The notes under the pieces were generated by a model. That model was not told the origin of the DNA. It searched no databases and worked only from the letters and a program-made list of their open reading frames with translations. A stretch of DNA of 64,000 bases, from IMG/VR virus record IMGVR_UViG_3300028571_000887; one strand, given 5' to 3'. Source of the DNA: an uncultured virus (IMG/VR IMGVR_UViG_3300028571_000887) (lineage: Duplodnaviria > Heunggongvirae > Uroviricota > Caudoviricetes). The translations under genes and the position numbers were made by a program. Below, piece after piece: positions 34,853 to 45,055 of this stretch (its first letter is position 1; every line of letters begins with the position of its first letter).

Positions 34853-37800
34853 TGTTTGAAGATTCAGACCTAGAAGATGCATTTTCTAATAGTCATACGT
34901 TAAGAATATCTTCTCTTATCCTAGCCGAATTTAATTTAAATGATTTAGATAATTTTTCTAGAATTGGAAACTATCGTTATCGTCCATTTGGAACGGATGG
35001 TCAATTTCTTGAGCCAATATCCACATATGATGAGTTTGACACAGGAGACTATTATACGGATGCTGAAGTGTCTTACAAAGAATATTCAGATACCGAAGAT
35101 ACGCCATTTACAGTCGTAGATAAAACAAAAAATTTATACTATTCTCTAGGAGATTGCTTTCTTCCATTTAGACCCCGATCTGGAATAAATAAAGCAAAAT
35201 TTATGGGTGGTAAATATATTGATAATATTAGGTCTGGAGAAAGGCCCAGATACTATATGGCATCTCGTAATGATTATTTTAAATATTGGAGTTCCCATAG
35301 AACAGAGGACGGAATAGAAAGGGGAATTTCTACTCCAACAGTTACCAGCATGGGCGGGTATGGTATTGATGATGCTTGTCCATTCATTGTTTACAAAGAA
35401 CCTATAAATGCTAATAGAATTGTTATTAAAGTTCAAACAAACGTAGGATCAGTTGACCTTGGCCAGATGAGAACTCCAAGCGACATAGTTATTGATGATC
35501 CCCTGTTTGCGTATTCCAATGCTACCGTTCCGCAAAGATGGAAAATTCAAGTATTAAAACAAAACTCCTGGGTTGATGCAATTGAGTTTAACGAAAACTC
35601 TTCAAGACTAGATGGTTCTCCAATATTTCCAAAAGATGGGCATGTAGAAATATTCTATGGAATAAAGGTGCCAGCAGAATTTGCCACAACTTTTACCTAC
35701 TTGGGACAAACAATTACATCGCTGCTTCCCAACTTGGGAATTCTTACTGGATATGCTTATGTGGTTGACGACGATACCAAGCCCGAAGGAATTCTAAAGA
35801 TATGGGACGGTTCAGAGTGGCAGAGCTTTGGTGTTGAGTATGGATGGTCTTTACATCAAGATGACATTGTAGAAACCAATGGAACAATAACAGAGCCATC
35901 GAACCCCCCTTATTACACAGTAAATGGAGAAAATGTTTTTAGAGAATTTACAGAAATTAAGGGAATTAGGATAGTTGCAAAAACAATGAATTCTTCATCT
36001 TCATCATTAGATGTTATAGAAATATCTCCCAGACTTATGGTAAACATTTCAAATTATGTAGAATCATTTAGTGTAACAAAGTCTATTGCAAATGAAGGAA
36101 TGGGTCTTCCAGTAGGATCTCTTTCGGTTTCCAACGGCTCAATCAATATTACAAATTTTAATAATATCTTTACAGAAGCGAATGTTTTTAATGGACTGAC
36201 AGGAAGCATTATAGCTGAGTATGCAAGACAGAATACTAAGTTTATTATATATGAGACCATTTTAAACATAAATGGCTTTGACAAGTACGTTCCTATCAAA
36301 ACCTTTTATGCCGAAGAATTTCCAAAACCATCCGGTGGGGATTCAACAATATCCATTCCACTAAGAGATTTGTTTTTTAGATTAGAAACAACAAACGCTC
36401 CAAGCGTTTTGACCCAGGAAACAACTTTGACCTATGCCATTTCTACAACGCTTGACTATATAGGATTTAGCAATTATTCTTTTAGAAATATTACATCTGC
36501 AAACGATCCAATCCTTCCTTTCTTTTTTATAGAACCTAATGTTAGTGTTGCAGAAATTCTACAAAGACTGGCCGTGGCTACCCAGACCGCAATGTTCTTT
36601 GACGAATACAATAACTTTATTGTTATGTCAAAAGAATATTTGTTACCAAGTGTTGACGATAGAGCCACAAACATGATTCTTTTAGGCAACGACGATGCCA
36701 TTGCAAACATTGAATCTATTTCAGATAGTCAAACAAAGATTATCAATAGCGGTCAGATAGATTATACAATTAGATATATTCAAAGGGAAGTTTCAAGTCT
36801 TTCTTCAACTGTAAAACTAGACTCAGAAAGAATGTATAGGTATAAGCCAGTTCTTTTATGGGAGGTTGCCGCAACAGATGAAACAAAAACTATCAACGAG
36901 GCCAGCAAGGTATCAAGTGGGTACACCCTGGGAGCAATGGCACTAAACAACGTACTTACAGCAAGCGCTCCATACGTTAGCAACCATGAGGTAGTTGACA
37001 ATGTTATTGATTTTGGAGAAAGCATTTATTGGCTTCCAAGATTTCAAGGGTATTTGTATGCCAATGGAGAAATTATTAGATTTGATGCTGTTGAATATTC
37101 TGTTCCGTCATCTTCTAGCCCAGTTGTTTGGATATCAAGCAACCAAGAATATCAAAAATATTTTGGGGCACTTTCATTTAATGGAAAAATGTTTCCAACG
37201 GGAAGAGTAAGAATATATTCTGAACCGTATTACGAAGAAGCAAATGGGATCACAATATTAAAAAATGGAAATGTAAGAGTGCACGGCAGAAATCAATTTG
37301 GAACAGAAATAACATCTCACTCTTCAGGCCTTGCTAGCTATTGGTCAAATAATGACAACACATATGGCGTAAGAATGTATTCAGAACTTCTTTTCTCTAC
37401 CACTCCAACAGAAAGTATAGTAAACCCTACCATAAGCGACACGGTAAGAGTGGAAGTATCAACAACTAATGATCTTGCTAGAAAATCTAAAAGAAATGGA
37501 ATCATAAAAAATTTCATGTCTTCAAAAGTTTTTAGTGATGGTGTGGTCAATGACTTGTCAGTAACACAATCTGGAACTGTACAATCTTCTGCTTTTGTTG
37601 TTCGTGGTCCACTCTCAGATACGACAGTTCCCAACCCAAGAGATCTCGTTTCTTATGTTTATAAAGACTTATCAAATAACTTTTCCTTTAGAAGCTTTGG
37701 GACCAGGATGCGGATTATCGGAAGAGTTGACAGAAACTTTGGCCAGGTTGCAAACGGGTCAAGCAATTATTTTTCCGTACAATCACAAACTAGCTCTGAT

Positions 37801-39147
37801 GCCTTTAGTATAAATGGGGGATCTGCAGGAATTGCCATTATGGTTAATCCAACAAATGGTAGTGGATATTATTTTGAGATTGCTGCGCTAACAGAAACAA
37901 ATATTGAAAAATATATCACAATAGACAGCACCGGACAAGAGACCTCAATAATTCACAATATAATATTTTATAAAGTAAATAAGAACGTAAAGACTGGAGA
38001 CTCTGCAAGCTCTCCAGCCACTCCAATAAAACTCTGGGGAGGATTGTCAAACATTTTAGTTGACTCTGGACTATTCGTAGGTCAAGACAGAATCGGCGTA
38101 ACAGAAGATTCTACAGTTTACGATTTATCAATTGAATATGAAACTTTAAGTGGCGGAGGAATAAAGTTTTATTTATACATAAATAATATTCTTGTTCAAA
38201 TAGTTAATGACACTAGTCCACTACCAATAAACACAACGGCAGCCCTGTTTGTTAGGGGGAGCACAGAGTGTATGTTTGAAAATCTTTATGCCTTAGAAGA
38301 TCTAGTTGCCAAAAATACAAATAGTCAAATATCTCAAGCCAATAATGTTTTTGATGAAAATGGAATATCTACTAGCGAGTTCCTTAGGAAATACGCCATC
38401 TCTGGGATGGTTCAATCAACCTATCTAACAGGAATAAGTCCAGACACAAATACTCAATATAAAGTTTATTTTGAAGAGTTTGGAACTATCATGAGAGAGT
38501 GTGCTCATTTTAACATTAAATATGATTTGGCCTACCCATCTTTTTATTCAAAGATTGCTAAAACATATTCTAATGATAGAGGATACACCATCTCTAAATT
38601 CTACGGAGGGGCTTACGAGTCTGAGTTTTTGATATTCAACTCATCAGACAAGGCAATTGTCTTAGATGAGACTACCGGAAACTATTTAAGAATCTTGGGA
38701 ATAACTTTTACTCAAAACACAACTCAAACTTTATCTGTAGATAAGTACTTTAACAAGCTTTCCAACGCCTCCGATCCAGTCTATCAGGGTAACGAAATAA
38801 CTTCCCCCAACGTAAGTATGCAAAAATATAATAAAATTAAAGCAAGTAGATCAAGGTATGGATCTAAAGAATTTAGTTTAAACTCTATGTATATTCAATC
38901 AGAGGATGCAGCAAATAGCCTAATGGGTTGGGTAATTGATAAAACCATGGCACCTAGAAGACAGATGGTAATTGAAACTTTTGCTTTACCTCATTTACAG
39001 CTTGGAGATATTGTTACAATAGATTATACAATGCCAGGGGACATAGAGTATGTTGATCCAACAACTAGATTTGTTGTTCAAGATATTTCATATTCAAGGG
39101 CTTTGGAAGGTCCAAACCAATCCATTAAGGTGGTTGAAATAATATGA
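34852..39147 (+). CDS. Large tail-tip/baseplate hub protein
   Basis: 1431 aa; LQRLAVATQTAMFFDEYN and PHLQLGDIVTI are typical of Tal/hub proteins. Confidence 0.7.
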   Translation: MFEDSDLEDAFSNSHTLRISSLILAEFNLNDLDNFSRIGNYRYRPFGTDGQFLEPISTYDEFDTGDYYTDAEVSYKEYSDTEDTPFTVVDKTKNLYYSLGDCFLPFRPRSGINKAKFMGGKYIDNIRSGERPRYYMASRNDYFKYWSSHRTEDGIERGISTPTVTSMGGYGIDDACPFIVYKEPINANRIVIKVQTNVGSVDLGQMRTPSDIVIDDPLFAYSNATVPQRWKIQVLKQNSWVDAIEFNENSSRLDGSPIFPKDGHVEIFYGIKVPAEFATTFTYLGQTITSLLPNLGILTGYAYVVDDDTKPEGILKIWDGSEWQSFGVEYGWSLHQDDIVETNGTITEPSNPPYYTVNGENVFREFTEIKGIRIVAKTMNSSSSSLDVIEISPRLMVNISNYVESFSVTKSIANEGMGLPVGSLSVSNGSINITNFNNIFTEANVFNGLTGSIIAEYARQNTKFIIYETILNINGFDKYVPIKTFYAEEFPKPSGGDSTISIPLRDLFFRLETTNAPSVLTQETTLTYAISTTLDYIGFSNYSFRNITSANDPILPFFFIEPNVSVAEILQRLAVATQTAMFFDEYNNFIVMSKEYLLPSVDDRATNMILLGNDDAIANIESISDSQTKIINSGQIDYTIRYIQREVSSLSSTVKLDSERMYRYKPVLLWEVAATDETKTINEASKVSSGYTLGAMALNNVLTASAPYVSNHEVVDNVIDFGESIYWLPRFQGYLYANGEIIRFDAVEYSVPSSSSPVVWISSNQEYQKYFGALSFNGKMFPTGRVRIYSEPYYEEANGITILKNGNVRVHGRNQFGTEITSHSSGLASYWSNNDNTYGVRMYSELLFSTTPTESIVNPTISDTVRVEVSTTNDLARKSKRNGIIKNFMSSKVFSDGVVNDLSVTQSGTVQSSAFVVRGPLSDTTVPNPRDLVSYVYKDLSNNFSFRSFGTRMRIIGRVDRNFGQVANGSSNYFSVQSQTSSDAFSINGGSAGIAIMVNPTNGSGYYFEIAALTETNIEKYITIDSTGQETSIIHNIIFYKVNKNVKTGDSASSPATPIKLWGGLSNILVDSGLFVGQDRIGVTEDSTVYDLSIEYETLSGGGIKFYLYINNILVQIVNDTSPLPINTTAALFVRGSTECMFENLYALEDLVAKNTNSQISQANNVFDENGISTSEFLRKYAISGMVQSTYLTGISPDTNTQYKVYFEEFGTIMRECAHFNIKYDLAYPSFYSKIAKTYSNDRGYTISKFYGGAYESEFLIFNSSDKAIVLDETTGNYLRILGITFTQNTTQTLSVDKYFNKLSNASDPVYQGNEITSPNVSMQKYNKIKASRSRYGSKEFSLNSMYIQSEDAANSLMGWVIDKTMAPRRQMVIETFALPHLQLGDIVTIDYTMPGDIEYVDPTTRFVVQDISYSRALEGPNQSIKVVEII

Positions 39148-39605
39148 CAGATGCAGTAAAGCTTCCGTCTAGAGATATTGTAAACATTCAATCTCAGGTT
39201 GGAAACGTAGCAGAGATAGAGCAATTTCTTTTTCAAGATATTGGGGGAACAAGTTTAATAAACTTGGTTAGACACGACACTATTTCTGGAATAAATGTAG
39301 CATATTCTATAATATCCAACTTAACGAAGATAGCAATTGACTTTGATCCCTCTCTTATTCTTATAAATAAAGCAGCCTACCAATCTATTTTTCATCAATA
39401 CTCAATTAAACTAATAAATAAAATTCCACAAGAAAAATTTTATTCAAGCAACGAGCTAGTTCCTCCAGATAATCTTGCAACAAATGTCTATTTTGATGGA
39501 GAAGATTTGGTTATTGAATTTGAAAATGTAAAACAAACGGAATTTGTTGAAATACAAATAGAAACAGATGGTAAAATTAATAGCGTGAGGGAAAATGATT
39601 ACTAA
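39144..39605 (+). CDS. Minor tail protein (hypothetical)
   Basis: 153 aa, translationally coupled in the tail operon. Confidence 0.55.
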   Translation: MTDAVKLPSRDIVNIQSQVGNVAEIEQFLFQDIGGTSLINLVRHDTISGINVAYSIISNLTKIAIDFDPSLILINKAAYQSIFHQYSIKLINKIPQEKFYSSNELVPPDNLATNVYFDGEDLVIEFENVKQTEFVEIQIETDGKINSVRENDY

Positions 39606-41004
39606 TAAAGGCAATCAGATTATAACAAAATATCTTTTGGGTCAGTCCCCCGAGTATGCAGCCTATGTGTCAGTCGGGGTTGGATCAATTCCACTAGATA
39701 CCAGCGAAACAGACAATTCTTCTCCAACAAAAGAGTCTATGGATTTTGAAGCCTTTAGGGTTCCAGTGGTTTCTCGTGGACTGGTTAGCGATAACATCGT
39801 TATAGACATAGATTCTTGGGCACAAGCCGCTGGATTAGTTACAGTACAGGTCTCCGGACCTCATGGTATGAAATTAGGAGATTCAGCTACTCTTGATTTT
39901 AATCTTTCAGGGTCTGCAAACGCAATAAGAGAAGGAGTATATATTGTTGAAAACACAACATCCAATACAATAACTTATTCTCAGACATTTGCTTCTGCAT
40001 CAGCCACTCCCGCAAGCTGGAGTGCCAGTTCTTCAATATCTGACACGGCGACAGTTGCCTATGATAGAGAAAGGATTATTTTTAAAGCACAACTACCATC
40101 GGACCAAAGGTATCAAATGACAGAAATTGCTCTGTATCCAGCTGCAAATAATAGTCTAGCTCTAAATTATGATAGCAAGATCCTGGCTGGATTTTTAACA
40201 ACAGAAGGATGGACCTATCATAATGTTTCTGCATCGCTTGTTGAAAGCGACAATGCCATTGCCCTTTTGACCAACACTATTGCCGATACTTTTGGAAATG
40301 TTAGCTCTGCAACTTTTCTAGATCCCGTTACAGGCTCTGCGGCTCATGCTCTTTTTGTTAACTCAAACAACGAAGCCTTCACTTTTTATGAAAGAAAAAA
40401 TAGATATGAAAACACTAGACTATATAACAGATGTCTGGTTGTCCCAGGAAACATGACAACATTTTCTAGTGATTCCATGACAATTGCTGGTGCACAAAAA
40501 TATATTTTTACAACATCTTTAAGATTAAATGCTAGCAAAAACTCTCCAGATGACTATATAAAATTTGCACTTAGTGTTATATCTATGCAAATAGATGCAG
40601 TAGGACCACCAACAAAAACAAGATTAAGATTTGATTTTCTTGATAGCGTAAGTGGACAGGTTGCAACTGCGACTGAGCTTTTATCTTCTGGAGACTTAGC
40701 TGCATCTAGGTATGTTATTGTTTCAAAACAAATTAAAGATTTTGATACAGGGGCAGACTTTAGTTGGGCTCGCGTTGATGGATTGAAAATCTATGCTCAA
40801 ACATTAAACAGTTCTTCCACCTACGATGGATCGTATATAGCTTTTGATGGAATACGATTAGACAATGAAAATACAGACAATCCATTGTATGCCATGGTTG
40901 CTTATTCAAGTTTGAAAAATTCCTACGATGCTGCTCAGCCAATTGAGAAAACAGAAAACTCCCAGGGATATATAGAATATCGGTTTGGGGTGAACATTGT
41001 ATAA
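39595..41004 (+). CDS. Tail/baseplate protein
   Basis: MITNKG...YVSVGVG...MDFEAFRVP...TEIALY, similar to tail-fibre/baseplate attachment domains. Confidence 0.6.
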   Translation: MITNKGNQIITKYLLGQSPEYAAYVSVGVGSIPLDTSETDNSSPTKESMDFEAFRVPVVSRGLVSDNIVIDIDSWAQAAGLVTVQVSGPHGMKLGDSATLDFNLSGSANAIREGVYIVENTTSNTITYSQTFASASATPASWSASSSISDTATVAYDRERIIFKAQLPSDQRYQMTEIALYPAANNSLALNYDSKILAGFLTTEGWTYHNVSASLVESDNAIALLTNTIADTFGNVSSATFLDPVTGSAAHALFVNSNNEAFTFYERKNRYENTRLYNRCLVVPGNMTTFSSDSMTIAGAQKYIFTTSLRLNASKNSPDDYIKFALSVISMQIDAVGPPTKTRLRFDFLDSVSGQVATATELLSSGDLAASRYVIVSKQIKDFDTGADFSWARVDGLKIYAQTLNSSSTYDGSYIAFDGIRLDNENTDNPLYAMVAYSSLKNSYDAAQPIEKTENSQGYIEYRFGVNIV

Positions 41005-41795
41005 TGTCTAGAATTGTTATTCCAAAATCTGAACTACCCGACTTGTCTACAAGCCTTACCAATAAATTGCGGTATAGAATTATGAATAAAAACAGAAACC
41101 TATTTTCTGATTGGTCTATAATAAGTGAAATCAAAAGGGAATTGGAACAGATAGACTTTTCTTCTGCATCATCATCTTATGCCGTATACGCTGGAAGTAA
41201 CAGCAAGGTTGAGGCGTCCTGGTATAGTTCCAACATTAATCAAAACTATGATGTTTATGTCAGATATATTCTAAAGACAATAACAGAAGGAACATTTGTT
41301 ACATTATATTCATACGACCAAATTCAGTTCCTAGGACAAAAGGATGTAAACTGGATTAATATATCAAAAAAACCAACAACCGGACTTGTGTCCTTTAATG
41401 CTTTGTCTTACTATGGACTGCAACTGATGGTAAAACTTCCAGAGTACCCCATTATTGCAAGCTTACCAATCGGAATAAATCAAGTAAGAAGAAAAGATAA
41501 TTATTTAGAATATTATTTAGAAAGATCCCATCTATTATCTGTTGGAGACTATGTAAATATAAATATGAATAATAATATTACATATGGATCAGAAGTTGAT
41601 TATTCTTTGTATTCAGGTATAAAACAAGTTTCTTTAATAAACAGTGCAACTCCTTCAAGATTTGATGTTTATTCTGTCGGAGCAGATAGTGCATCATTTA
41701 TAACCCCTCCAGAAATTAGTGGATATCCCAACACAGTAGAAAAAATAAATGGATCTGTTGTTTTTGCTACACCGAACGTTGTGTTTACCCCATGA
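41004..41795 (+). CDS. Minor tail protein (hypothetical)
   Basis: 263 aa; RYRI...FSDWS FN3-like start; coupled to upstream gene. Confidence 0.55.
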   Translation: MSRIVIPKSELPDLSTSLTNKLRYRIMNKNRNLFSDWSIISEIKRELEQIDFSSASSSYAVYAGSNSKVEASWYSSNINQNYDVYVRYILKTITEGTFVTLYSYDQIQFLGQKDVNWINISKKPTTGLVSFNALSYYGLQLMVKLPEYPIIASLPIGINQVRRKDNYLEYYLERSHLLSVGDYVNINMNNNITYGSEVDYSLYSGIKQVSLINSATPSRFDVYSVGADSASFITPPEISGYPNTVEKINGSVVFATPNVVFTP

Positions 41796-41814
41796 TATAC
41801 TTTAACAAGGAGAA

Positions 41815-42246
41815 TTGATGGGCATATTAGCAACACCCAATAGGGGACAGCCTTTAGATGTAGACTATATATCTCAAATAGCTGGCCAAGTTAATCAATT
41901 GACGACCCTGGTTGGAGATCGGTCCTCTTCCTTTTCTACAATTAACGATGTAACTGTAAAAACGGCAGACATAAAAATGTTTGCTAAAACAGTTAACGTG
42001 TTTGCTAGTACAAACAAGACCGACGGTGACGTTGTTGACTACACGATTTCCTATCCTCCATTTAACGGAAATCCAGTTGTTACTGCAACGATTGTCTCTG
42101 GAGCATCGTCCAGTATTGGCGACGACTCAATTGTCGTATTAAAAAACATATCAACTTCTAGCTGTACGTTTAGGGTAACCTTTAATACTGGTGGTAATTT
42201 AGATATCTTTGTTAATATTTTGGCCATTGGATTTCCTGTAGTATAG
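41815..42246 (+). CDS. Small virion protein (gp53-like/H-type-lectin-like C-terminus)
   Basis: YPPFNGNPVVTAT...VNILAIG beta-sandwich pattern; AAGGAG RBS. Confidence 0.5.
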   Translation: MMGILATPNRGQPLDVDYISQIAGQVNQLTTLVGDRSSSFSTINDVTVKTADIKMFAKTVNVFASTNKTDGDVVDYTISYPPFNGNPVVTATIVSGASSSIGDDSIVVLKNISTSSCTFRVTFNTGGNLDIFVNILAIGFPVV

Positions 42247-42285
42247 AATTCCATGGTATACTTGTGATCGAATCACCGGAGACTT

Positions 42286-42477
42286 ATGCTTATTTGTAAA
42301 AAATGTAAAGGTAAAATATTTGTTGACAGGGTACACTCAGCTCACGATCACCTGGAAATATTTTGCATTATTTGCGGGTACAGAAAAATGTTTCATCCAC
42401 CATCAAAGTTTGGGAAGTCAATAGAATGGCTACAAAGGGCAGAAAGTCAAAGGAATCACGCGGGGAACGGGTCATAG
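42286..42477 (+). CDS. Zinc-ribbon protein
   Basis: CKKC...CIICG; TGGTATACT extended -10 upstream. Confidence 0.7.
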   Translation: MLICKKCKGKIFVDRVHSAHDHLEIFCIICGYRKMFHPPSKFGKSIEWLQRAESQRNHAGNGS

Positions 42478-42965
42478 AGCCTTGCAAGAAAATATTCTTT
42501 GTTGAAAGAAAATTATATAGGGTAATCCTATCAAATAAAAGTCAAAACATAGTTTATCTATTTAGTATAAATGAGGGTAAAGAGCAGGCTATGCTGCTTT
42601 CAGACTTTAGAAAGAATCGTAAAAGAGCCTATACAATTATAGATACCGCAAGACTTTTAAATAGGGCTGAAGCCCAAATGCATAGGTACATTGATCAGGG
42701 GATAGCACCACCCCCAATTGGAGCAGCCATTGGTGGGGTTAGAACGTTTCATAAAAAATCTTATTACTCAGAAGATGATGTTTTTGCCATTCGAGAGGCC
42801 ATGTCCCAGATCCATAGGGGTAGACCAAGAAACGATGGGAAAAAGGTAAATAACTTCGTGTTGACAGAACAAGAATTAAGGGCTAAAATGGGTGATGCAC
42901 TAATACTTTACACAAAAACAGAAGATGGAAGATTCGTGCCCACTTGGGCAGAGAGAACATACTAG
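42426..42965 (+). CDS. Putative DNA-binding protein (MerR-like HTH)
   Basis: YTIIDTARLLNRAEAQMHRYIDQG...YYSEDDV; HRGRPR. Confidence 0.6.
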   Translation: MATKGRKSKESRGERVIEPCKKIFFVERKLYRVILSNKSQNIVYLFSINEGKEQAMLLSDFRKNRKRAYTIIDTARLLNRAEAQMHRYIDQGIAPPPIGAAIGGVRTFHKKSYYSEDDVFAIREAMSQIHRGRPRNDGKKVNNFVLTEQELRAKMGDALILYTKTEDGRFVPTWAERTY

Positions 42966-42973
42966 GAGGAACA

Positions 42974-43180
42974 GTGTCAGAAAAGACCACAGTTACAGTA
43001 AACCTTGGGTATACACTCAACGTTGGCAACTTTCAAAGCCTTAGGGTTGACCTTGGCTGCACCGATTTCGTTCACGACTCAGAGACAACAGACCAAGCAA
43101 TGAATCGGGTATATGAGTTTGTTGAGGCAAAGGTTGTTGAAAAGGTTGCAGAGGCCAAGAAAGAACTTGCAGAAGATTAA
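42974..43180 (+). CDS. Hypothetical protein
   Basis: AGGAGG RBS then GTG; LGYTLNVGNFQSLRVD. Confidence 0.65.
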   Translation: MSEKTTVTVNLGYTLNVGNFQSLRVDLGCTDFVHDSETTDQAMNRVYEFVEAKVVEKVAEAKKELAED

Positions 43181-43485
43181 TGGCTGACAAGAAGCTACGC
43201 TTTGCAATACTGAGTAGGTTCAAAAAGAAGTTGGAAGAGTCCAACAAAAGCCAAGATATAAATATATATTCTCAGCAATGGGCTGCTGATGCAATGATTG
43301 AATCCTATGGGTACGATAAGTGCATAGAGATTATTGATTATTATTTTATTGTTTCCTCCAGCCCCGATTGGACTTGGTTTTCTTATAATTCCGAAAAGGT
43401 TTTGCAATCAAAGCGTTTAGAGGACGAAGATCGTTTGTTACGAGAAAAACTTAGAGTCGGGGCTAGAGCATGGATGGAGAGCTAG
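43180..43485 (+). CDS. Hypothetical protein upstream of helicase
   Basis: 101 aa; TAATG coupling. Confidence 0.6.
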   Translation: MADKKLRFAILSRFKKKLEESNKSQDINIYSQQWAADAMIESYGYDKCIEIIDYYFIVSSSPDWTWFSYNSEKVLQSKRLEDEDRLLREKLRVGARAWMES

Positions 43486-44706
43486 ATGGATAATGTAGAG
43501 GCAAAGACACTAACGGCAGTTCTAAAAGACAAGCAGATACATGTCTTGCTGCAAGCCAATCCAGACTCTCTTTTTAAAACACATGGGGATATCTGGCAGT
43601 TCATTCGCAACTACTCAGAGCAAAATATGTCCGTCCCACCAATGGAACTTGTGGTAGATAAGTTTAGAGACTTTGAGCCTGTTAGCAATGTTGGGTCTAC
43701 AAAGCATCATTTGGACGAGTTACGGTCAAGTTACTTGGATGCCACCCTTCGGGATATTCTTAAGACAAGTGCAAGTCAATTAAATAATAACCAAACCGTT
43801 GGCGCCCTAGATACCCTAATCTCAAAGACGGCAGATCTAAAAAGATCAACAGCAGATGTTCGTGATATAGATGTTGTAGACATTGATGATGCCGTTGCAT
43901 ACTTCGATCACATAGAAGAGATGAGCAGGCTGGGTAATCACGGAATCAAAACAGGTCTTGCCGGTTTTGACAACTATCTGCCAGCAGGAATAATGCCAGG
44001 AAACTTTGGAATATTGCTTGCATATCCCGCTATTGGAAAGTCCTTTTTAGCCCTATACCTTGCAGTTCAGGCATGGAAGACAGGCAAGAAGCCTTTATTT
44101 ATTTCTTTAGAGATGACGGAAAGTGAAGTTCGCAACAGGGCTTATACAATTATGGCAGATGGTCGTTTCTCTTTGAGGAAAATGTCTGCGGGAGAAGTTG
44201 ACATAGAAGAATTTAAGAGATGGAGTCAAACATATTTTAAAGATATGCCATCTTTCCATATTGTTTCTAATGATGGACTTGGGGAAGTAACTCCAGCAAT
44301 TATTCGGGGAAAGATTGATCAATATAGTCCCGACATTGTTTTTGTTGATTATATTCAGCTAATGCAGGCCAATTCTCAAACAGACAATGAGACTGTTAAG
44401 ATAAAGAACATATCTAGAGAGCTTAAGATTCTAGCGATATCTGAGCAGGTTCCTATCATTGCTATCGCCTCTGCGACCCCTGATGACGCTACAAACATGA
44501 ACTCAGTGCCAGCCCTTGGTCAAGTCGCGTGGTCTAAGCAGTTGGCATATGACGCTGACTTTGTTTTAGCACTTGGTCGTCAACCCGCATCAGATATTTT
44601 AGAATGTGTTTTTAGAAAAAACAGGTCGGGCTACCTGGGTGAATTCTTAGTCAGGGTTGATTTTGATGCAGGAAGGTTTGTTTATAAAGACATGGAAGAT
44701 ATTTAA
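43486..44706 (+). CDS. dnaB: Replicative DNA helicase (DnaB family)
   Basis: GIKTGL, Walker A AYPAIGKS, ISLEM, FVDYIQLM, ISRELKILA, YDAD, KNRSG. Confidence 0.92.
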   Translation: MDNVEAKTLTAVLKDKQIHVLLQANPDSLFKTHGDIWQFIRNYSEQNMSVPPMELVVDKFRDFEPVSNVGSTKHHLDELRSSYLDATLRDILKTSASQLNNNQTVGALDTLISKTADLKRSTADVRDIDVVDIDDAVAYFDHIEEMSRLGNHGIKTGLAGFDNYLPAGIMPGNFGILLAYPAIGKSFLALYLAVQAWKTGKKPLFISLEMTESEVRNRAYTIMADGRFSLRKMSAGEVDIEEFKRWSQTYFKDMPSFHIVSNDGLGEVTPAIIRGKIDQYSPDIVFVDYIQLMQANSQTDNETVKIKNISRELKILAISEQVPIIAIASATPDDATNMNSVPALGQVAWSKQLAYDADFVLALGRQPASDILECVFRKNRSGYLGEFLVRVDFDAGRFVYKDMEDI

Positions 44707-44725
44707 ATCATAGTATAATTAGTCT

Positions 44726-45055
44726 ATGGTTGTTTCACATAAGAATATTAAAAAATTTAACATTGACGGAGAAATCTATGACGAAGCGGCCATCCCAAAC
44801 ATTAAAGAACAATATATAAATATTTTAAAAACAATCATGCAAGGAAAAGGCTACGTTATTAGATATGATATTGACCCAGACTTTACGGTTCAGTATAATG
44901 GAAAGACATTTAACTTTTTATTATCGGTATACGGGGTTTTCCTAGGAAAGAGAAAGGCACAATGCGTATCAGGGGTAGACAAGAACAGGACGGTTCCTCT
45001 TACTATTCAGAAGAGCAAACAAGAAGAGTCCTGGAAACCTGCGGAATCAATATAG
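44726..45055 (+). CDS. Hypothetical protein
   Basis: 109 aa; TAGTATAAT 6 nt before the ATG (leaderless). Confidence 0.65.
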   Translation: MVVSHKNIKKFNIDGEIYDEAAIPNIKEQYINILKTIMQGKGYVIRYDIDPDFTVQYNGKTFNFLLSVYGVFLGKRKAQCVSGVDKNRTVPLTIQKSKQEESWKPAESI

